64,000 nucleotides of DNA from Akkermansia muciniphila. GTDB taxonomy: Bacteria > Verrucomicrobiota > Verrucomicrobiia > Verrucomicrobiales > V1-33. A program made the position numbers and the translations under genes. The number at the start of each line of letters is the position of its first letter. Position 1 is the stretch's first letter. Location of the stretch: contig CAMDJM010000015.1 in NCBI GenBank assembly GCA_945900785.1, positions 9,041 to 73,040 of the forward strand, read 5' to 3'. Below the pieces are notes generated by a model. The model saw only the letters and a list, made by a program, of their open reading frames with translations. It had not been told where the DNA came from and made no database searches. This document shows, in pieces, positions 57,147 through 64,000 of the stretch.

Positions 57147-58946
57147 ATGCCTGCTGTTACCAATATCGCTGCTTATCAATTTGCCACTCTGTCCGGTTTG
57201 AAGGAGTGGCGCGCTGAATTGCTGGACCTTTGCCGGAGGACTGGCTTGAAAGGGACGATCCTGCTCAGCACGGAAGGCGTGAATTTATTTGTGGCAGGAG
57301 AAACGGCTGGGGTGGAGCGGCTGCTGGAAGCGCTGCGGAGCCGCCCGGGCCTGGAAGGACTGACGGCCAAATACAGCGAAAGCAGCCACCAGCCGTTTAC
57401 GCGGCTTTTAGTCAGGATCAAAAGGGAAATCATCGCCTTCGGGGTGCCGGGGATTGATCCCGCCCGGCGGACCTCACCCAAGTTGTCGCCCCATGAGCTG
57501 AAACAATGGCTGGATGAAGGGCGGCCGGTGACCTTGCTGGATACGCGGAATGATTATGAGGTGAAGCTGGGGACCTTCCGGGGAGCGCGCACCATGGGGC
57601 TGGATCATTTCCGGAATTTTCCGGCGGCAGTGCAGGCGCTGCCCCCGGAATTGAAGGAGCAACCTATTGTGATGTTCTGCACGGGCGGGATCCGCTGTGA
57701 AAAGGCTGGACCCTATATGGAGCGGGAAGGTTACCCATCGGTCTACCAACTGGAAGGCGGCATTCTGAAGTATTTCGAGGATTGTGGGAGCGCCCATTAC
57801 GATGGGGAGTGTTTTGTGTTCGATCACCGGGTAGGGGTGGATCCGGCGTTGAGTGAAACCTCCAGCGCGGTGTGCTATATTTGCCAGGAGCCGCTTACGG
57901 CGCAAGACCAGGCGTCGCCGGAATATGTGCAGGGCAAGTCCTGTCCGTCGTGCTGGCGGGCTCCGGAGGAGAAGCGGGCTGCGGCCTTCGCCGCGCGTCA
58001 GAAGCGGCTGCGGGAGGTGACCCTGCCGCTGCCGGGCAGTGTGCCCTGGGACAATAACCGCCCGCTCAAAGTGCCGGCCGCCTGCGATGGATTGACAGTA
58101 TTGGAAACCCTGGCGGTGGTGCTGCCGCAGATCACGCCGGAGAGCTGGGCACCGGTCTTCGCCGCCGGTCGGATGCGGGATTGGCATCATCAGCCGGTGG
58201 GGCCGGAGGACCCGGTGCGGGGCGGGCAGCGTCTGGTGCAGCTGGTGCCGGGGAGCCTGGAGCCGGAGGTGAATCCAGACATCCGCCTGCTCCATGAGGA
58301 TGAGGCGCTGATCGTGCTGCACAAGCCGGCGCCGCTGCCGATGCATGCCGGAGGGCGCTTTAACCGGAATACCCTGGCGTGGTTTCTCGCGGCGGCGTGG
58401 CATCCGCAAAAGCCCCGTCCGGCACACCGTCTGGATGCGAATACCACCGGAGTGGTGGTGGCTTGCCGCACGCGGCATTTTGCCTCGCTGGTGCAGCCGC
58501 AATTTGAACGGGGGGAAGTGGAGAAACTTTATCTGGTGCGGGTGCAGGGGCATCCGGCGGATGACGGATTTATTTGTGAGGCGGCCATCAGCGCGGAGGC
58601 GGGCACGCTGGGCACCCGCAGCGTGGATGAAACGGCTGGCCTGCCGGCGGTAACGGCTTTTTCAGTGAAGCATCGTTTTCCTGACGGGACCGCCCTGCTG
58701 GAGGCCCGCCCCCAAACCGGCCGCACCAATCAGATCCGCATCCATCTCCAGCATCTGGGCTGGCCGGTGTGCGGGGATCCGCTTTACCTGGCGGATGGAC
58801 AGACCGGAGTGACGCCAACCGTTAGTTTGGATGATCCGCCGCTTTGCCTGCATGCCTGGAAAATCGCCTTCCGGCATCCGATCAGCGGGGAGCGGGTGAG
58901 CTTTACGGCGGATCCTCCAGAGTGGAGCAGGGTGCCGGATAGGTGA
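57147..58946 (+). CDS. TrhO/YceA-like rhodanese fused to an RluA-family pseudouridine synthase
   Basis: N-half: LKGTILLSTEGVN, LDTRNDYEV..GTF, FCTGGIRCEKA, QLEGGILKY, CFVFDHR, Cys cluster. C-half: HKPAPLPMH, HRLDANTTG, TGRTNQIRIH, LHA. Confidence 0.9.
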   Translation: MPAVTNIAAYQFATLSGLKEWRAELLDLCRRTGLKGTILLSTEGVNLFVAGETAGVERLLEALRSRPGLEGLTAKYSESSHQPFTRLLVRIKREIIAFGVPGIDPARRTSPKLSPHELKQWLDEGRPVTLLDTRNDYEVKLGTFRGARTMGLDHFRNFPAAVQALPPELKEQPIVMFCTGGIRCEKAGPYMEREGYPSVYQLEGGILKYFEDCGSAHYDGECFVFDHRVGVDPALSETSSAVCYICQEPLTAQDQASPEYVQGKSCPSCWRAPEEKRAAAFAARQKRLREVTLPLPGSVPWDNNRPLKVPAACDGLTVLETLAVVLPQITPESWAPVFAAGRMRDWHHQPVGPEDPVRGGQRLVQLVPGSLEPEVNPDIRLLHEDEALIVLHKPAPLPMHAGGRFNRNTLAWFLAAAWHPQKPRPAHRLDANTTGVVVACRTRHFASLVQPQFERGEVEKLYLVRVQGHPADDGFICEAAISAEAGTLGTRSVDETAGLPAVTAFSVKHRFPDGTALLEARPQTGRTNQIRIHLQHLGWPVCGDPLYLADGQTGVTPTVSLDDPPLCLHAWKIAFRHPISGERVSFTADPPEWSRVPDR

Positions 58947-59721
58947 TGAGGCGGACGGCTTCGGCAGCAGCGGCGAAGCCGAAAGCGCCCGTGACAAAGC
59001 CAGCCGCCCCAAAACCCGCCGCACAATCCAAGCGCAGGCTGGTGCCTTCCTCGGCTTCCATCCGGCAGGTGCCGTCTGACCAGGGAAAAATCTGGGGCTC
59101 GGCGGAAAAGATGGAGGAAACGCCAAAGTGTTCAAATTCACCCTTGGGGAAACCGTGGTCGCGGCGCAGCCTTTTCCTGACTCCTTTCAGCAGCAGGTCG
59201 CCGATGGAGCGGGCCAGATCGCCGGTGCGCACAGCGGTCGGATCACGCCGGCCGCCGGCCCCACCGACGGTGACTACGGGTTGACCGCTTTGAAAACAGT
59301 GAGCGATGGTCGCTGTCTTGATGCCGGTGCGGTCCACGCCGTCGATCACACAATCGAAAGGACCAGCGAGCAGAGTGCTGACATTGGTGGCGGTGACGAA
59401 TTCCGGCACTTCATGAATCGTGCAACCAGGGTGAATCAGCTTCATCCGCTCCGCCAGGACAGAAATTTTGGGCCGTCCAACGGTGCCATCCAGCGCAGGA
59501 AGCTGCCGGTTGATGTTGGTAATACAGACATCATCCAGATCGATCAGGGTGAGGGTGCCCACACCGGAGCGCACCAGCGCTTCCACACTCCACGAGCCCA
59601 CCCCACCGACGCCAACGACGCAAACATGGGCGGCGCGCAGCTTATGCAAACCTGTGGTGCCATACAGCCGGGCAATGCCACCAAAACGGTCCGCGAAGTC
59701 CTGCGGAAAATCACCGGCCAT
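58903..59721 (-). CDS. tcdA: tRNA threonylcarbamoyladenosine dehydratase (ThiF family)
   Basis: VGVGGVGSW, DLDDVCITNINRQ, GGAGGRRDP, FSAEP, LDCAAGFG, VTGAFG. Confidence 0.9.
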   Translation of the reverse strand: MAGDFPQDFADRFGGIARLYGTTGLHKLRAAHVCVVGVGGVGSWSVEALVRSGVGTLTLIDLDDVCITNINRQLPALDGTVGRPKISVLAERMKLIHPGCTIHEVPEFVTATNVSTLLAGPFDCVIDGVDRTGIKTATIAHCFQSGQPVVTVGGAGGRRDPTAVRTGDLARSIGDLLLKGVRKRLRRDHGFPKGEFEHFGVSSIFSAEPQIFPWSDGTCRMEAEEGTSLRLDCAAGFGAAGFVTGAFGFAAAAEAVRLITYPAPCSTLEDPP

Positions 59722-59742
59722 TTTCGTCAGGGAAATTTTTCT

Positions 59743-59991
59743 TCAGTCCTGAATCTCCACCCCTACCTTGAGTCCATGCTGATCAGCGGATGCCTGGACG
59801 AGGGAGCGGAGGGCATTGACGGTGCCGCCCGCCGTGCCGATGAGGCGGGGGATGTCCTCCCCATCTGCCGTCAGGTCAAAGATGGTGGTGCCATTTTGGT
59901 CACGGCGGGTGACGCGGGCGTCATCGGGACGATTGGTGATGCCGAGGACGACAAATTCCAAAAACTGCTGTATGCCGGAGACTGCTTCCAT
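59743..59991 (-). CDS. khpA: KH-domain RNA-binding protein (KhpA/YlqC)
   Basis: About 82 aa; DIPRLIGTAGGTVNALRSL; immediately downstream of rpsP. Confidence 0.8.
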   Translation of the reverse strand: MEAVSGIQQFLEFVVLGITNRPDDARVTRRDQNGTTIFDLTADGEDIPRLIGTAGGTVNALRSLVQASADQHGLKVGVEIQD

Positions 59992-60086
59992 GAAAAACGT
60001 GATGAAAAAACGATACAACCCGGTTCCTACTGCTGGCAGGAGGGAACCGGGTTGGAAAATCAGGGTAAAACGAACCCCAGGCGGGT

Positions 60087-60338
60087 TTATGCCTTTGGAA
60101 GAGCTTTCCGGGTTTTACGGATGATGCTGGCGACGGTTTCGCTGGGCTGGGCTCCTTTGCCCATCCAGTCATCAACCTTCGGGAGGTCGAGGAGGTAGTT
60201 CACCCCATCCTTGAGAGGATCATAGGTGCCTACTTGATCAATGAAGGGTCCGTCCCGGCGGCTGCGGGAGTCTGTGACCACGATACGATAATAAGGACGG
60301 TTCTTGGAACCTTCGCGCCTGAGTCTGATTGCGACCAT
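60087..60338 (-). CDS. rpsP: 30S ribosomal protein S16
   Basis: [30 protein letters not shown]...GTYDP...GAQPSETV. Confidence 0.97.
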   Translation of the reverse strand: MVAIRLRREGSKNRPYYRIVVTDSRSRRDGPFIDQVGTYDPLKDGVNYLLDLPKVDDWMGKGAQPSETVASIIRKTRKALPKA

Positions 60339-60538
60339 GATGACCTGAAATAAGGGAGTTGAGGGAAAACGCGCTGGGAGCCGGATGCAGGTGGGGCGCG
60401 GGGCGGGCAACATACACTTCCACAGGGGAACGCAAGCCCTTTTCCAGATTTTGACCAGGACATTGCACCCCGGCATGATTTCCCCGAATTCCCCCCTTGG
60501 ATCCTGCTGTTCCATTGCAAATGCCACTTTTTGGCAGT

Positions 60539-61156
60539 ATGGCCAAAGCTGTGATAGATGGCGATCCGGATATCAGAACAGGGAATGCATGGGCTCTGCT
60601 CCGCTGGTCTGCGCTGGTGGCGCTGGCATGGTTCCCCGTAGGATGCCGAAGCTATTCGCCGGTGGAGCGCCATTTTTTACGGGTTCCGGCCCTGCACGCG
60701 GCATCGCTTTCCGCGATCGAACGCGAAAAATGGCTGAAGCAGGCGGCTAAGGAACCGGGATGGAAGGAGCAGGCTGGGACAGGAAATTATCTGTCGTTGC
60801 CGGCTGCCAGCCGACCTCACCGGGTGCACAGCCCCGCAGGAGAGGTGCGGTTTTTCCCCACCAGGCCAGGAGGCCGCGAAGGTGCGGTGGCTCTGCATTG
60901 GCTGCCAGACCATGAACAGCGCCCTTCCAAGCTGACCCTGCTGAAAACAGAAGGCGGACGCTATCAGGAGCAATCCCTGAAGCCCCTCCTGAAATCAGAT
61001 GCCCCCTTCGATGCTTACAGCCTGCAGGCAGAATCAGGAGCGATTGTGTGCTACCGCCGGGTCATAGCGCAGCAGGGTCCTGTTCTGAAAAAAGCCGCCG
61101 TTTTCCGCTGGCGGAAAGGGCGTTGGAACCAGGAACAGCGGCCAAGAGCCCCCTGA
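60539..61156 (+). CDS. hypothetical lipoprotein-like protein
   Basis: Hydrophobic segment ending in PVGC; no recognisable domain. Confidence 0.55.
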   Translation: MAKAVIDGDPDIRTGNAWALLRWSALVALAWFPVGCRSYSPVERHFLRVPALHAASLSAIEREKWLKQAAKEPGWKEQAGTGNYLSLPAASRPHRVHSPAGEVRFFPTRPGGREGAVALHWLPDHEQRPSKLTLLKTEGGRYQEQSLKPLLKSDAPFDAYSLQAESGAIVCYRRVIAQQGPVLKKAAVFRWRKGRWNQEQRPRAP

Positions 61157-61315
61157 TTTCCGCTCTACGCCGATTTTTAACTGGCGGAACGCTTCTGCGG
61201 CGCGTTATTCGACTGTAACCCTGACTGACGGACCCAGTCTGTTGTCTCCTTTCACACTTGCGCCGGCATGTTACCATGATCGAAGGATCCGTCCTCCCTA
61301 AACCTATAAATCCTA

Positions 61316-63352
61316 ATGTCGAACCAAGAAAACAAGCCCGCCCCGCCGGACAGTCCTGATCGCCGGAATGGCGGCCCGGGCTCCGGTGGAGATCAAAGCT
61401 TCAACTGGAAAGGCTTGCTGTGGCTGGTTGTCGCGCTCAGCCTCCTCGCCGCCGGGGTGATTTACCGCAATACTCCACAAGGGAAGCCGCTCGATTACAA
61501 GCAATTCCTTGCGGAACTGGACAAAGGCAGGATCGACAAGGAAAAAGGCATCAAAATCATCACTTCCGTCGGCTCTGCCCTGCAATCCATCGAAAGTTGG
61601 TCCGAGGCGGACCCCGCCGTGCCCGGCCTGATCAAACGCAAGACGCCCATCAACCTTGAGGTGGTTCGGGAAGAGTTGAACAGGAAACTGGAAGAGAAAG
61701 GCTTTGTCCCCGTTTTTGAGGAAGAGTCCAATGTTGGCACAGGCCTTCTGATGACCTTTCTCCCCCTGCTGCTGCTGCTCGGCCTGCTTTATTTTGTCTT
61801 CCGCCAGCAAATCAAGATGGCTGGCCGCGGGGCCATGAGCTTCGGCAAGAGCCGCGCCAAGCTGCTGACCATGGACAAAAACAAGATCACCTTCAAGCAG
61901 GTGGCCGGCGTGGACGAAGCCAAAGAGGAAGTCTCGGAACTCGTCGAATTTCTCAAAGACCCGAAAAAATTCCAAAAACTTGGTGGCCACATCCCCAAAG
62001 GTATTCTCATGGTAGGCCCTCCCGGCACTGGCAAAACACTGCTCGCCAAGGCCATCGCCGGGGAAGCCGATGTGCCGTTCTTCAGTATCAGTGGGTCCGA
62101 CTTCGTGGAAATGTTCGTGGGGGTGGGGGCCAGCCGGGTGCGCGACATGTTCGAGCAAGGCCGCAAGAGTGCCCCCTGTCTGATCTTTATCGATGAAATC
62201 GACGCTGTGGGCCGCCACCGCGGCCACGGAATGGGGGGAGGTCACGACGAACGCGAGCAGACCCTGAATGCCCTGCTCGTGGAGATGGATGGTTTTGACA
62301 CCGGAGAAGGCGTCATCATTATCGCCGCGACCAACCGCCCCGACGTGTTGGACCCTGCCCTGCTCCGTCCCGGCCGTTTCGACCGCCAAGTCAATGTCTC
62401 CCTGCCCGATGTCAAGGGCCGCGAGGGCATTCTCCAAGTGCACGCCAAAAAAGTGAAAATGGCTGCCGATGTGAACCTGAACGTCATCGCCCGTGGCACC
62501 CCCGGTTACTCCGGCGCGGAACTGGCCAATGTCATCAACGAAGCTGCCCTCATGGCCGCCCGCCGCAGTGCCAAGGCCATCACCACCAAGGACCTTGAAG
62601 AAGCCCGTGACAAAGTGCGCTGGGGCAAGGAACGCCGGAGCATGGCCATTTCTGAAAAGGAAAAGGAAAACACCGCCTTCCACGAAGCCGGCCACGCCAT
62701 CCTTCTCGAAGTCCTCGAACACACCGAGCCGCTTCACAAAGTCACCATCATCCCCCGTGGTCCCTCCCTGGGCTCCACCATGTGGCTGCCGGAAGAAGAC
62801 AAATACACCCAGCGCAAAAACGAACTTCTGGATGACCTCGTCGTCACGATGGGAGGGCGGGTCGCGGAAGAGATGGTCTTTGGCGACGTCACCAACGGAG
62901 CCATGGGCGACATCCGCCACGCTACCCGCATCGCCCGCAAAATGGTCTGTGAATGGGGCATGAGCGACAACCTGGGCATGATCGAATACGGTGATAATAA
63001 CGAGCACGTCTTCCTTGCCCGGGATATGACCAGCTCCCGCGGCTACAGCGAGGACACCGCCCGGAAGATTGATTCGGAAATCAAGCTTCTGATCGACAAC
63101 TCCTACCAACGGGCCAGGGAATTACTGATGAAATACCGTCCGCAAATGGACACCTTGGCCAAGGCCCTCCTGGAATACGAAACTCTGGATGGAGCCCAGG
63201 TCCGTGAGATCATGCAGCACGGTCAGATGCTGAATCCCCCCAACAACAAGCCCCCCATGCCACCTGCCGTCCCCGAAGGCAATGCCGCCGCGAACAACCG
63301 CGACAGTGGAACCGAAGACCTGCCCCCCGGCCTCGCCGGAGCACCAGCCTAG
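61316..63352 (+). CDS. ftsH: ATP-dependent zinc metalloprotease FtsH
   Basis: Two TMs, [41 protein letters not shown]. Confidence 0.97.
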   Translation: MSNQENKPAPPDSPDRRNGGPGSGGDQSFNWKGLLWLVVALSLLAAGVIYRNTPQGKPLDYKQFLAELDKGRIDKEKGIKIITSVGSALQSIESWSEADPAVPGLIKRKTPINLEVVREELNRKLEEKGFVPVFEEESNVGTGLLMTFLPLLLLLGLLYFVFRQQIKMAGRGAMSFGKSRAKLLTMDKNKITFKQVAGVDEAKEEVSELVEFLKDPKKFQKLGGHIPKGILMVGPPGTGKTLLAKAIAGEADVPFFSISGSDFVEMFVGVGASRVRDMFEQGRKSAPCLIFIDEIDAVGRHRGHGMGGGHDEREQTLNALLVEMDGFDTGEGVIIIAATNRPDVLDPALLRPGRFDRQVNVSLPDVKGREGILQVHAKKVKMAADVNLNVIARGTPGYSGAELANVINEAALMAARRSAKAITTKDLEEARDKVRWGKERRSMAISEKEKENTAFHEAGHAILLEVLEHTEPLHKVTIIPRGPSLGSTMWLPEEDKYTQRKNELLDDLVVTMGGRVAEEMVFGDVTNGAMGDIRHATRIARKMVCEWGMSDNLGMIEYGDNNEHVFLARDMTSSRGYSEDTARKIDSEIKLLIDNSYQRARELLMKYRPQMDTLAKALLEYETLDGAQVREIMQHGQMLNPPNNKPPMPPAVPEGNAAANNRDSGTEDLPPGLAGAPA

Positions 63353-63381
63353 CCAGCACCAGCGCTACCAACAATCTCCAG

Positions 63382-63418
63382 GCCGGCATCATGCCTAAAA
63401 CATGGTGCCGGCTTTTTT
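63382..63418 (+). terminator. rho-independent terminator of ftsH
   Basis: GCCGGCATCATG/CATGGTGCCGGC stem followed by T6. Confidence 0.85.
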
Positions 63419-63554
63419 GGGGGCCAGACTCTCAGAGTTTCCTTGACCTGACCAAGGATTTCACCCGTCGCCCGGGCGGTTTGCACGCAGGTGGCTGAGC
63501 CGGCAGCGGGGGATCGAATTCCTATGGCAGGAAAGCCGTGCCGGCGAAGTCGGG

Positions 63555-64000
63555 CTAGGGATAGGGCGCTGGGGCAGCCGGGGAGTCCCGGCGGATGGTG
63601 AGTTCCACCTTCATCCCGAGACTGCTGCCGGTAGTGTTATCAAACGACCCGCTGATCGGCATCACCCCACGCGGATGGGCGCAGACTCCAGTTGGAATGT
63701 GATCCGGGCCGGTGGCGCGCCCGCTCGTGGCATCGAATCCACGCCATCCGCCGTCTGGAAAATAAACTTCCAGCCACGCATGGGTGGAACCCAGTCCGGC
63801 GGCGGAGACGGCGCTGTTCAGATAGCCGCTGACAAAACGGGCGGGCATCCCCAGGGCCCGGAGGGCTTCCGTGCCCAGGGTGGCCATGTCCCGGCAGGAG
63901 CCGGTGCCCAGTTGCAGGGTAGTGGCGGGACTTTGAGTCCCGCGCTCACTGCGCCGGCGGTAGGTGATTTGCTGGTGAATGCTCCCGGTCAGCCAACGGG
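63555..64000 (-). CDS. transglutaminase-like protein, C-terminal part (starts outside window)
   Basis: GSCRDMA, ARFVSGYL, THAWLEVY, WRGFDAT. Confidence 0.88.
   Translation of the reverse strand, partial: RWLTGSIHQQITYRRRSERGTQSPATTLQLGTGSCRDMATLGTEALRALGMPARFVSGYLNSAVSAAGLGSTHAWLEVYFPDGGWRGFDATSGRATGPDHIPTGVCAHPRGVMPISGSFDNTTGSSLGMKVELTIRRDSPAAPAPYP

Overview
GC-rich bacterial chromosomal window. The gene repertoire (two DUF1501 proteins, a DUF1549/DUF1553 'PSD1' cytochrome-like protein, a PVC-type heme/HEAT protein, a lamin-tail/CotH giant protein) points to Verrucomicrobiota or another PVC lineage; this is an inference. It is mostly housekeeping and envelope genes (waaA, rsmD, fabH, rlmI-like, aat, blc, desaturase, cysteine desulfurase, kamA-like, hisF, rluD, galE-like, tcdA, khpA, rpsP, ftsH) plus a tmRNA (35851-36205, minus strand, tag ANSNELALAA). 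The most striking locus is a three-gene operon at 38446-42821. It encodes a 1059-aa Pro/Ala-rich protein (putative N-terminal amphipathic helix, two copies of an unnamed ~80-aa domain, repeated [S/N/A]PF motifs, C-terminal roadblock-like domain), an MglA-type small GTPase and an MglB-type roadblock protein. This is a candidate cell-polarity module with a built-in disordered scaffold. Other points of interest are a TrhO-RluA fusion convergent with tcdA, a TolB-like/glycosidase-like fusion, a decayed cassette-like island at ~8.1-9.6 kb, several REP/MITE-like elements, and three small ORFs missing from the ORF track. No CRISPR array, rRNA, canonical tRNA or intact transposase/integrase was seen. 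All family assignments are from motif recognition by eye; no database search was run.
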